This document shows, piece after piece, positions 24,293-32,980 of a stretch of 37,000 bases of DNA (within the stretch, counting starts at the first letter, position 1; every line of letters starts with the position of its first letter). The translations under genes and the position numbers were made by a program. The notes beneath the pieces are model-generated. The model did no database searches and had not been told where the DNA came from. It worked only from the letters and a program-made list of their open reading frames with translations. This stretch comes from a virus (lineage: Duplodnaviria; Caudoviricetes), in the IMG/VR virus record IMGVR_UViG_3300017785_003765, positions 1 through 37,000 of that record. One strand, written 5' to 3'.

Positions 24293-24954
24293 TCGAAGAC
24301 GCCGAAGTCCGCATTGAATATACGTTCAAGAATGCGCGGCTCTATCACGCGATTTGTGACGCCGCGTATCAAGACAAAGATTATCGCCGGTCCTTTAGCC
24401 GGGGGTGCGTGTCGTCGTTCTGCCGCTTCTACAGTCTGCCGCAGGGGCAAATCAATGAGTTATTGAACCTGCGGATTAGTCCCCTCTTAGCGATCCGTCC
24501 GACCGGGACATATCGCCCCATCTGCATCACGCTCTCCAACATTCTCGGGATCGACTGCCACGTCCTGTTCCCTCACGCCCTGTATGCCCAGGTGTGGCCG
24601 CGTGGCGTGGCGAGGGACGTTCCCCTCGCGATGTTCGTCGGACTTGGAGCCGCTCGTCATCTCACCCTCCCCGAATCCAGCGCCGAGGCCGTGGTGCAAC
24701 GCGAGATGCGCGAACGACTCGCGGGGGCGCTGGAAACCCTCACGCCGCGAGAGGCGCTCGTGATCACGCAGCGGTTTGGGCTGGACGGCAACGGGGAGCG
24801 GACGTTGGAGGAACTCGGGTCGGAACGCGGGTGTTCCCGCGAACGCATCCGCCAGATCGAAGCCAAGGCGCTTCGCAAGCTGCGCCATCCGTCACGAACG
24901 CGGAAACTCTGGCCCCTGCTCTGGTCAAAAGCGCCCGACGCGGCGAAAGCGTAA
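24289..24954 (+). CDS. Sigma-70 region-4 domain protein
   Basis: [27 protein letters not shown]...[21 protein letters not shown]; no recognisable region 2. Confidence 0.85.
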   Translation: MIEDAEVRIEYTFKNARLYHAICDAAYQDKDYRRSFSRGCVSSFCRFYSLPQGQINELLNLRISPLLAIRPTGTYRPICITLSNILGIDCHVLFPHALYAQVWPRGVARDVPLAMFVGLGAARHLTLPESSAEAVVQREMRERLAGALETLTPREALVITQRFGLDGNGERTLEELGSERGCSRERIRQIEAKALRKLRHPSRTRKLWPLLWSKAPDAAKA

Positions 24955-24977
24955 CGCGGGGTGCGTCACGACGTGTC

Positions 24978-25069
24978 TCTGCGCCTGCGGCCCCCCAGCG
25001 TGGCGGCGGAGCGGACGTGTCCCCGAGGCCACCCACTACGCAAGGACACGTAGCAGACGCAGGCGCAGA
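24978..25069 (-). ncRNA. Three-way-junction RNA element at the convergence of early and late transcription
   Basis: 12-bp closing stem, 8-bp inner stem ACGTGTCC/GGACACGT, third stem GCTCC/GGGGC, complementary loops GTGGC/GCCAC. Confidence 0.45.
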
Positions 25070-25074
25070 AACCG

Positions 25075-25695
25075 TTACGGTGTCGGTGCGCCGACGGGAC
25101 GCTTCCCGCAATAACTCGGGTCGCCCTGACCCGCTGACATCGAGAACGCCGTCGCCGGAGCCACAGGTCCACCCGCCAGATTCTCGCCCGCGGGACACCG
25201 GCAATCCGCCAGTCGCACGCCGTTGACGCTCGTTGTCTCGGTGCAGGCGAAGCTGAAGCAGTTGGCGAACGTGGCCCCCAGGTTCAGGCTGGCTCCACAC
25301 TGCTGTGGCGTGACCTTGGTGTCCGCCAGCACACGGGACCAGTCGTTCATTTGTTGCGGCAGATGCTCCGCGACCGCGAAGAAGCTCCACACTTGCTGCG
25401 CGCCGGGAGGCGTGCAACTGCCCGCCATGTTGCCGCCCTGCACGTCCGCAATAGCCGGTCCCGTCTTAATGGGACAGGTGCAGGACATCTCGGGATACTG
25501 CGCGGTCCCGCCGCCCTGCACGTTGACCGTGATCAGTTTAGGACTACCGTCTGCGTTGAGAACCGGCGTACAGGTCGAAGACGCACAGAGCGCGTACTCG
25601 CCCGTGCAAATCTGCACGCCCGGCGGAACGGGGGACTGCGCCTCGAGCGTGGCCGCGAGACAGAGGCACACACCCAAGGCGAAAACGTATCGCAT
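25075..25695 (-). CDS. Secreted cysteine-rich protein
   Basis: Signal peptide MRYVFALGVCLCLAATLEA; 12 Cys in the mature part; internal two-fold repeat. Confidence 0.75.
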   Translation of the reverse strand: MRYVFALGVCLCLAATLEAQSPVPPGVQICTGEYALCASSTCTPVLNADGSPKLITVNVQGGGTAQYPEMSCTCPIKTGPAIADVQGGNMAGSCTPPGAQQVWSFFAVAEHLPQQMNDWSRVLADTKVTPQQCGASLNLGATFANCFSFACTETTSVNGVRLADCRCPAGENLAGGPVAPATAFSMSAGQGDPSYCGKRPVGAPTP

Positions 25696-25697
25696 GG

Positions 25698-25880
25698 CTA
25701 CTGTTCTTTCAGACACACGCCACTCGACGTGACGAGTCGCAGCATGATATTCGCCGCAGCGAGAATCTCCGGCGCGTGCGGAATAGTGATCCCGAGCTGT
25801 CCGCTCCCCACAGCGACCACGCCCGCGATAATGTTCGTCCAAAACGTCTTGCTAACAAAGAGGCTCTTCTTGTGCTGCAT
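25698..25880 (-). CDS. Holin-like membrane protein
   Basis: KSLFVSKTFWTNII, two hydrophobic segments, NIMLRLVT; GGAG RBS. Confidence 0.7.
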   Translation of the reverse strand: MQHKKSLFVSKTFWTNIIAGVVAVGSGQLGITIPHAPEILAAANIMLRLVTSSGVCLKEQ

Positions 25881-25904
25881 CGGTGTCTCCTGTAAAGGAA
25901 TCGA

Positions 25905-26981
25905 TCAGAGTGTGCTGCCGTCCGGGTTCCGAGCGCCGTTCCCGTACCCACTCATCCCCAGTGTGGCCCCGACATCCGAGGTCGTGCAGGTGAGGATATA
26001 CCCGGTCCTGTCGCCAATCTCTTCTGAACACTGGCCGTCGAACTGGAGCTGCGCCGTGCTCTCAAACGTATCCAGCTTGAAATTGCTGCCGCTCCGCAGC
26101 GAGTGCCCCATTCTGCCGTCATAGAACGGGTTCAGCGTGTCTTTCATTTTGTCTTGATAGAGCTGCGGATCGTCAATCGCCGTCTGCCCGTTGCCCTGAT
26201 GATGTCCGCCGGTCAGGTAGTAGTTCATGCACTGCCACCACGTAAAGCGGTCGTACACGTTGATCGTCTGGTACGGGTCCGACCACACTTCCCCGCCGGT
26301 CTTCCACCACGCGAGGGCTTCGTTCACCCAGTGGGTATAGACCGGAATAGACGGCGAGAGCTTCCCGGCGACGTAGGCGATGATCGAGATCGTCGGATTC
26401 CCCGGTGCGCCCTGATTCAGTTGATCCATCTGCCAGCTTGGGCAGCAAAGGTCCATCACGCCTGCCCCGAGCATCTGGTCGATGTAGGGGCCGAGAATCG
26501 GTGCCCAGTAGGTCGCATCCTGGTTGTTCGCAAAGCCGGGAATCTCGTTGCTAATCAACCACTGGTCGCAGAACAACCCATAGGACTGCGCCTTTCGCGA
26601 GAGGTCTAAGAACGACTGCATCGAACTGCCGTAATAGAGCGCGTGCCCGATGGACCGCTGCAAATGCGTATAGCCGCATCGGTAGGCGTAAATGTTCAGG
26701 AATTGTTCCTGCCATGCCTGCGGATAGTTATCCAGCAGGCACGCCATCATCAGGTCCGTATCGGCGGAGCCGCCCGGAACAGCAGGCGCGCCGGGCACGC
26801 GAATGCCGCAGAAGTTCCCGCGATAGAACGCGAGGTCCGGCTGCGACGGCGGCGCAAACGGCATCACCTTGTCGTAATCGCCAGCGGGCAAGGGCGGCAA
26901 GGGCGCACGCGGCGACGGGGGCCACGGCGGTTGAGGCGCAGAGCCGAGCAGCAGCAGCGCGCCGTCGTCGCTAGACGCCAC
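25905..26981 (-). CDS. Hypothetical protein, possibly a glycoside-hydrolase-like barrel
   Basis: Long aromatic-rich ORF with a Pro-rich N-terminal linker; GYTHLQRS; start uncertain. Confidence 0.6.
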   Translation of the reverse strand: MASSDDGALLLLGSAPQPPWPPSPRAPLPPLPAGDYDKVMPFAPPSQPDLAFYRGNFCGIRVPGAPAVPGGSADTDLMMACLLDNYPQAWQEQFLNIYAYRCGYTHLQRSIGHALYYGSSMQSFLDLSRKAQSYGLFCDQWLISNEIPGFANNQDATYWAPILGPYIDQMLGAGVMDLCCPSWQMDQLNQGAPGNPTISIIAYVAGKLSPSIPVYTHWVNEALAWWKTGGEVWSDPYQTINVYDRFTWWQCMNYYLTGGHHQGNGQTAIDDPQLYQDKMKDTLNPFYDGRMGHSLRSGSNFKLDTFESTAQLQFDGQCSEEIGDRTGYILTCTTSDVGATLGMSGYGNGARNPDGSTL

Positions 26982-27222
26982 GGTACGCAATCGAATACGG
27001 CACACCGGGATTGACGTGCAGCACGTTCACTGATCCGTCCATCGTGAACGTCTCCCACGGCCCCACCGCATCCCGTTCCTGATAACTCCCGTCAGGCTGC
27101 ACCGACAGATACGTGCCGTTCGGCTTCTGGATCGCCACGCCGCCAATGAGCGGCACCGTTGAGCCGGGCAGAAAATCTGTTGCGCCGAGAAACACGGGCG
27201 CGTTCGCATACTGCAACGTCAT
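26971..27222 (-). CDS. Small fascin/beta-trefoil-repeat-like protein
   Basis: VAIQKPNGTYLSVQPDGSYQERDAVGPWETFT. Confidence 0.6.
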   Translation of the reverse strand: MTLQYANAPVFLGATDFLPGSTVPLIGGVAIQKPNGTYLSVQPDGSYQERDAVGPWETFTMDGSVNVLHVNPGVPYSIAYRGV

Positions 27223-27713
27223 TCGTTCGCCTCTAGAAGTGCTATGGGTGGATATTCAGAAGAGATCGCCCCTGCGCCAGCCTCGGCACCGCTCGTCACC
27301 GGTCGCTGCCTGATGTCGATGGTACAGACGCCTTGCGCGTCAGTCAACGCCGCCGCGATGCGCCGCTGCACCTGCGCCATCGCCGCCTTGCTACTCACGA
27401 TGTTATCGTGTGTGCCCCGAGACGTCGCGACCAGAATGCAGCCTTCGGTGTCAGCCGTCGTGTTACCGGGATGAATTCGGATTCCGGTGAACAACGGCAC
27501 GTCAGAGAGCAGCGGGAGCATGTAGCCAAATCTCGTGCTCTTGGTAATCGTCACTGGGTACTGCCCTGCCGGAATGGCCGTGTCTCCGGCGAACTTCACC
27601 CCGTCGGGACGCACAGGATCTTCCAGCGTCTGGCACACAAAGCCGTCTGGGAACGTCAACGTACCGAGCGTCCGCGTGGTCGTGCAATCGTCACGCACGA
27701 GCACCATCGTCAT
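27219..27713 (-). CDS. DUF5675-family putative endolysin (L,D-transpeptidase-like)
   Basis: TLED, TAIPAGQY, DVPLFTGIRIHPGNTTADTEGCILV. Confidence 0.8.
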   Translation of the reverse strand: MTMVLVRDDCTTTRTLGTLTFPDGFVCQTLEDPVRPDGVKFAGDTAIPAGQYPVTITKSTRFGYMLPLLSDVPLFTGIRIHPGNTTADTEGCILVATSRGTHDNIVSSKAAMAQVQRRIAAALTDAQGVCTIDIRQRPVTSGAEAGAGAISSEYPPIALLEANE

Positions 27714-27925
27714 TTCATAAACCAATAAATCCCGGCGGCAAGCACGGCACTCAGGGCGCTGACCGCAATCGCATTGCTGCGTCCACTACGATCATCCAGC
27801 ACCGCGAGGCGCTGTTCCGTCTCACGGGTTCGACCGTTCAACAGGTCTAGCCGTTCACTGATGCCCAGGATGGCGACCATAAGCGCCGCGTGTCGTTCGT
27901 CGAGCAACTGTTGCTGCGCGTCCAT
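27710..27925 (-). CDS. Coiled-coil protein with C-terminal TM segment (lysis accessory)
   Basis: ERLDLLNGRTRETEQRLAVL followed by a hydrophobic C-terminus. Confidence 0.65.
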   Translation of the reverse strand: MDAQQQLLDERHAALMVAILGISERLDLLNGRTRETEQRLAVLDDRSGRSNAIAVSALSAVLAAGIYWFMK

Positions 27926-27937
27926 TGTGATATTGAA

Positions 27938-28390
27938 TCAAGAAGAATACAGCACAGACGCCGCGATCATCTCCGCGTAAATCGCATCGGCTCGCACGGC
28001 GCTGAGAATGGAAATAGAGACGCAATAATCCAGGAGCTCCTTGACGTTCGGATCGTTCGTGAGGAACGGATCTGAGGCGGCTTCGTACAGCGCCGTGCCC
28101 CACTCAAGCATCGCGTCTGTGGCATGTGGCCCAAGGATCGAAACGTATTCCTGCGGCGTGAGTATTTCAATGAACGTCGTTTTCTTGATCCGCAGCTGCT
28201 GGACAACCGGCGGGACGATAGGCGTTGTCCACGTCTCGGTCGCGGGATCATACGTATCGCCAAGCGCCGCCGTGGTGTCAGTGACATCCACAAAACAGTA
28301 CGTAGCGTCGGGAGGAATAGGACCGGGAGCCTCACCGTTCCATTCGGCATATGCGATGTAATCTGTGATGCGCGTTTGTAGTTGTCGCAT
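27938..28390 (-). CDS. Tail fibre assembly chaperone-like protein
   Basis: LGDTYDPATETWTTP...ILSAVRADAI; follows the fibre genes. Confidence 0.55.
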   Translation of the reverse strand: MRQLQTRITDYIAYAEWNGEAPGPIPPDATYCFVDVTDTTAALGDTYDPATETWTTPIVPPVVQQLRIKKTTFIEILTPQEYVSILGPHATDAMLEWGTALYEAASDPFLTNDPNVKELLDYCVSISILSAVRADAIYAEMIAASVLYSS

Positions 28391-28391
28391 T

Positions 28392-28961
28392 TTAATTAAA
28401 CTCCAAAGCCGTCCCAGCCAAGGCCACGTTCCCATCGGTGCCATGCCGAGCGCCTGTAACCGTTGTGGTATTCGTCAGCGTCAGGCTTAGACCCCCAGAT
28501 ACGGAAATCGTCTGGGAGGTTGCTGTAACCGTCCACCCCCTTGGGATAATCATCGTATTGGCCACCGCAACCGCCGAAATGGTCACTGTGCCAGAGGCCA
28601 CTCCAGTCAGGGCTATCTCGAAATCCTGATTGGTCTTGATAAACCCGGCCTTAAACTCAATCACCACGGCTTTCGCCGTGATGCCAGAGAAGGTGGGGTT
28701 CGTGTTCACTGTGAATTGGACGTTCGTGGTGCTGGTCAGAGTAACTTTCATCCTCGCCGCATTAGCGTCGTTGTCTGCACTCAACCCAAGAAACAGAACC
28801 ACCGTATCGGCTACGGTGACAGCATTTATCGTCGTATTCGTCGTGAGTGAAGACCCAGAGGGAGTGACCGAGACATACTGGATAGACTTAATGAGTCCCG
28901 GCGACCGACCCCAATTCGAAACAACTGCGTTCACTAACCCTGTCGCTCGTCCACGTCGCAT
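28392..28961 (-). CDS. Tail fibre/spike-associated protein with an internal duplication
   Basis: IKSIQ...TINAV...LTSTTNV...VIEF repeated as IKTNQ...TISAV...LTNTTTV...ALEF. Confidence 0.65.
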   Translation of the reverse strand: MRRGRATGLVNAVVSNWGRSPGLIKSIQYVSVTPSGSSLTTNTTINAVTVADTVVLFLGLSADNDANAARMKVTLTSTTNVQFTVNTNPTFSGITAKAVVIEFKAGFIKTNQDFEIALTGVASGTVTISAVAVANTMIIPRGWTVTATSQTISVSGGLSLTLTNTTTVTGARHGTDGNVALAGTALEFN

Positions 28962-28970
28962 GATTTTCCT

Positions 28971-29318
28971 CTACGTGATGCGATTGACGTATCCGTTTAA
29001 CAGGATCACGTTTGCGGTGGCCGCGAAGGCTTTCACGACAAGGCTGTTGGTCAGCAACAGGCCGGGAACGACCAGCGTATAGCCGCCTTCGTTTGGAATT
29101 GTAACCTCGATATTTCCATCTGGCGCAGTCGCTTCGCCCCATTCCAGCGTGAGCTTCACCGTAGAGGTACTTGAATTGACGGCATAGATCCAAATTTCAT
29201 CAAGCGAGGTCGCGCTGGCGGTATGGATGGTCGTGCCCGCCGTGGCGGTGGCAGCGACCTTGATCTGCTTGCCATTGGTCGAACCGCTTAATACAACTTT
29301 TGCAAAGGTAGTCGCCAT
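28971..29318 (-). CDS. Conserved virion protein
   Basis: LSGSTNGKQIKVAATATAGTTIHT...DEIWIYAVN...GYVNRIT. Confidence 0.7.
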   Translation of the reverse strand: MATTFAKVVLSGSTNGKQIKVAATATAGTTIHTASATSLDEIWIYAVNSSTSTVKLTLEWGEATAPDGNIEVTIPNEGGYTLVVPGLLLTNSLVVKAFAATANVILLNGYVNRIT

Positions 29319-29330
29319 AATTTAAACCGC

Positions 29331-30467
29331 CTAACTAAACACCTGATTGGCCAAAATATTATCCTGATCAACCACCTCGGTTCCGCCCACCGCCCACGTC
29401 GGCACAGCCGACGACCCGGCGCTGGTCAACACATACCCCGACGTGCCAGGGGTGACGGTCTGCGTTGCCGCCGTGCTGGTGGTGCCGCCCACAATCACGC
29501 CATACGCGGTGTGCGAGGCCACGCCCGAGCCGCCCTGTGCCACCACCAAGGGGGTGTTCAGTCCACCGGTCAGCGTGGTGGTCCCCGTGATCGCCAGGGT
29601 CGAAGAGACGGTCGCTGTGCCCGTCACCGTCAGTGCCCCCGTGGACACAGTCGAGGACAGGGTGGTGGCCCCCGTGACGCCCAACGTGCCGCCAATCGTG
29701 GCATTGCGCGACGCGAACACGTCCCGAGGCCGTGACGCGCCCGACTTGCCGATGTCGTAGGTGGCGTCGGTGAACAGTAAGTCTTGGGTGATCGGATTGG
29801 GGAGCTGTGCCACCACTGCCGATGTCGCGGCCAGCAACAGCGTGGAAGTGGTCGTTGCCACCCCCACCGTGCGCGAGAACGCCGGAGCGACCGTCGTGAT
29901 CGCCCCTGCCGTGGCCGACACGTAGTACGTGCTGCCGGTCACCACCGCTGAGGCCGACGACACCACGCCCGCCAACCGAATCGTGCCCGCCGTGTTGATC
30001 GCGATCGCACTCACCGCCACACCGATTGACTGACACGTCGTGCTGCTCACCGCAAAGTCGGCATCGGTCAGATACCAGAGTCCCGCCGTCAACGGCGTGG
30101 CTTCTGCGCCCGACGACAGATAACACACCTGTCCCGCCGTCACCGCAACGCCGACCGTGCCCTGAATGTCGAGGTTCACCGCCGAGCCAGGGACCGACAG
30201 GATGTCATCCTGCGTTCGAATGGTGGCCCCTGCCGCCGTCTTGAACACAAACTTCATGTTCGCGCCAGCGGTCAGGTAGGCGACGTAGCGCCCCCCTGCG
30301 TCGGCCACGATGGGGTTCGCATTCGCGACCGACAAGTCCGCGGTCGTGTAGGTGGCCGCGGCGGTCGAGGTGCCTCCGGTATACGTGTAAATCAGCGCCC
30401 CAGAGACGGCCACACCGTCGGCGTCGAGGACGGTCTGGTAGGGGGTTGGAGTGAGTGTGCCTGCCAT
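29331..30467 (-). CDS. Tail fibre with a podovirus head-binding N-terminal domain
   Basis: DADGVAVSGALIYTYTGGTST...NANPIVADAGGR; fibre repeats LVVAQGGSG and GTSGYVLTSAG. Confidence 0.75.
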   Translation of the reverse strand: MAGTLTPTPYQTVLDADGVAVSGALIYTYTGGTSTAAATYTTADLSVANANPIVADAGGRYVAYLTAGANMKFVFKTAAGATIRTQDDILSVPGSAVNLDIQGTVGVAVTAGQVCYLSSGAEATPLTAGLWYLTDADFAVSSTTCQSIGVAVSAIAINTAGTIRLAGVVSSASAVVTGSTYYVSATAGAITTVAPAFSRTVGVATTTSTLLLAATSAVVAQLPNPITQDLLFTDATYDIGKSGASRPRDVFASRNATIGGTLGVTGATTLSSTVSTGALTVTGTATVSSTLAITGTTTLTGGLNTPLVVAQGGSGVASHTAYGVIVGGTTSTAATQTVTPGTSGYVLTSAGSSAVPTWAVGGTEVVDQDNILANQVFS

Positions 30468-30481
30468 TTAGGTTGTCCTTC

Positions 30482-32980
30482 TTACCACGTTGCCGTGGGA
30501 ATCTTTGGCTTGCTGACCGGCATCGGGCTTTTGACGTTGCCCACACCTTGCCATGCGCTGCTTGATGCGCCTGTAATACGCTTCATCACAGCGGTAATCG
30601 CGTCAGGCGTTCGAGGGATACGGAACGCTCCATCGCCTGGAATGGTCAGCAATATCGTCTCAGTATACGGGCTTGGCACATTGACACGCCGTCCTTTTTT
30701 GTCAATACCTGACGTGTCCCATTTCTCTAAAGATTTCTTTGCCGGTTCCATCTCTTCCATCAACGCGGCCAATACCCGTCGTTTGATTTCCATCGCTTTA
30801 GTAACGCCATCCACATCAATCACCCGAGAGACTTCCGACTGTATTTCCTTCGCGGCCTCTGCTGGTGTATCCGTGGCTTGTGCCGTCTTTGACACCGTGG
30901 CGTTTGCTGGAGGGGCCTTTTCAACAGTAGGCTTCGCTGTTCGCAGTTTCCGCGCAGATCGTTCCTGTTTCGCCACGTTCGTCTCTCCGTTGCTTACACG
31001 AACAGGAGGGACTACTGGCGCGTTACTTTGAAGGATTTCACCTTCCAACACGTTGGCTGGAGGAGACACACGATTCGGCACAGGTGTCACAATCACGTCA
31101 GGGTCAAGCACTGGCGGTATTGTCCGCACCCGTGGCTCACCACGCGAAGGTTGTCCACCTATAGGAGCAGAACCTGTGAATGGCACCTGTTCTGGCGGCA
31201 TTACACCACCGGGTGATATAATGCCTCCAAATCCACCCGGCTGATTGGCTCCACCTGCGCGTAAGGGAGACTGCGGAATCGAATTAGGATCTCCGGCATT
31301 CTGCTTAACACGACCTCTACCTGTCATATAGCTTGTGCTTCCGCGAGGTGGCAGTCGAGGTTGCACTTGTTGAATGACTGGGCCTTCTCCAGCCCTGACA
31401 AACGAAGAGTCGCCTGTCGCGTATTGCTCGATGCGCGTAGCACCGGGACCAAGTTCTCCACGTATCGTCGTTGTCGGCAAGTCACCAACTTGAGGAATTT
31501 CATCAAGTCGATTCCCAGCGACGTAGTTCAACATGTTGCCTAGCACAGCACGTGCCCGTGGGCTTTCCGCTACCTTCTTGCGAACAAGGCCAGCCACAGC
31601 AATGGTCGCCGCAGCCGTTTTGCTGACTGGAGCAGAAGACAACGTAGCAAGACCGGCAAGGTAATCAGCCGTTGACAAACCGCTTGGGCGATTGGCTCCA
31701 GACTCCGCAAGATTGCTCAACAGCCCATAGTTGCCGTGTTGGTAGTCAAGCAACGCAGCGATAGACGGCAATGCGTCTTTGAGGTCGCTTCTGACGCTGT
31801 TTGATAAATCCACAAGCGCCGACTGTGACGACAGTTGGCCTGGGTCTTTTGAAAATGATGCGTCTGACCGTGCGCCGTCTATGAACTTCTTGATGTCATA
31901 CACAACCTTCGGGTCAACGCGAACTTTCCCTCTGACCGCATTCGCAAGACGATTCGCAGCGGCTGACCGCGCATCGGCTTTGCTTGACCCACCAAAATAT
32001 GCAGACAACGAATCCAGTTGCTGCGTCAGATTGCCTGTATCGGACAACGGGATTGTCGAGACATCTGACTTTGATAAACCTTCTTCAATACGTTTACTCG
32101 CTTCAACAATGCCAGCAGACGCTTGGTCAAGTTGATCGTTAATCGTGCCCGTATATCCGCGACTTGCCGCCACGGACGCAGGGCTTGACGTTTCAGGACG
32201 ACCAGCCGCCCTGTCTGCCGTGTTATCAAGAAGTCTGCGCGGGTCATCGACGTACTCTTTCTGCCTAACTCGGACAGGGATACCTTCTCCTGCGCGAGGA
32301 GCCGCTTTACGGAACGGCAACTGCGCCACTTTAGGCGCAACGCGGGCCGCTCCGCCGATCAACGCGCCCAGCGTCAAGTCTTGTCCTATGTCTTGAAGGC
32401 TTATGCCTTGTCCTTGCACGGCACGGTTTATCGTGTTTTCAATAGCAGCAGTTGGCGCACCGACGGCAGCGCCCTTTACCGCAAGGCCAAGCGCGTTTGC
32501 CGCCTTCGCTCGCTCAAACACGTTTGCGCCAATCGGCACAGCCGCTGATGCTAGTTTGCCCGCTACATATCTTTCTGCTTGCGGAGAGACTGCGCGAAGA
32601 GCTGCTTTGCCAGCGCCAACCACATACTTCCCAACGGGAATTGCATTTAAGGCTCCAGATGCAACAATGTCCATCGGGTTGAACTCTTGACCTTGATATA
32701 ACTGGTCAAGATATGCGCCAACTGCGCCGCCAGCTGCACTAAGAACAGGCACGGCAATTGGAGCAAGTGGGCCAGCAAGCGTGCCAGCTAGTCCACCCGC
32801 CACCGCTGGCACAATACGTAAGCCCGTTGAGATAGCCGCGTCCGTCCATGACCGTTCAGGCGCTGGCGTGTCTGCCGCGTCAACAACCTTGACCCATGTT
32901 GACCCGTTCCATTCGCCAGTGACACCACTTGCGTTTGTATGCCGTGCGCCAACGACTGGAGCAACCTTACTTGTCGCCAA
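30482..32980 (-). CDS. Large ejection (DNA transfer) protein
   Basis: Probable TTG start after GGAG; Gly/Ala-rich hydrophobic segments; P22 gp16 position. Confidence 0.65.
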   Translation of the reverse strand: MATSKVAPVVGARHTNASGVTGEWNGSTWVKVVDAADTPAPERSWTDAAISTGLRIVPAVAGGLAGTLAGPLAPIAVPVLSAAGGAVGAYLDQLYQGQEFNPMDIVASGALNAIPVGKYVVGAGKAALRAVSPQAERYVAGKLASAAVPIGANVFERAKAANALGLAVKGAAVGAPTAAIENTINRAVQGQGISLQDIGQDLTLGALIGGAARVAPKVAQLPFRKAAPRAGEGIPVRVRQKEYVDDPRRLLDNTADRAAGRPETSSPASVAASRGYTGTINDQLDQASAGIVEASKRIEEGLSKSDVSTIPLSDTGNLTQQLDSLSAYFGGSSKADARSAAANRLANAVRGKVRVDPKVVYDIKKFIDGARSDASFSKDPGQLSSQSALVDLSNSVRSDLKDALPSIAALLDYQHGNYGLLSNLAESGANRPSGLSTADYLAGLATLSSAPVSKTAAATIAVAGLVRKKVAESPRARAVLGNMLNYVAGNRLDEIPQVGDLPTTTIRGELGPGATRIEQYATGDSSFVRAGEGPVIQQVQPRLPPRGSTSYMTGRGRVKQNAGDPNSIPQSPLRAGGANQPGGFGGIISPGGVMPPEQVPFTGSAPIGGQPSRGEPRVRTIPPVLDPDVIVTPVPNRVSPPANVLEGEILQSNAPVVPPVRVSNGETNVAKQERSARKLRTAKPTVEKAPPANATVSKTAQATDTPAEAAKEIQSEVSRVIDVDGVTKAMEIKRRVLAALMEEMEPAKKSLEKWDTSGIDKKGRRVNVPSPYTETILLTIPGDGAFRIPRTPDAITAVMKRITGASSSAWQGVGNVKSPMPVSKPKIPTATW

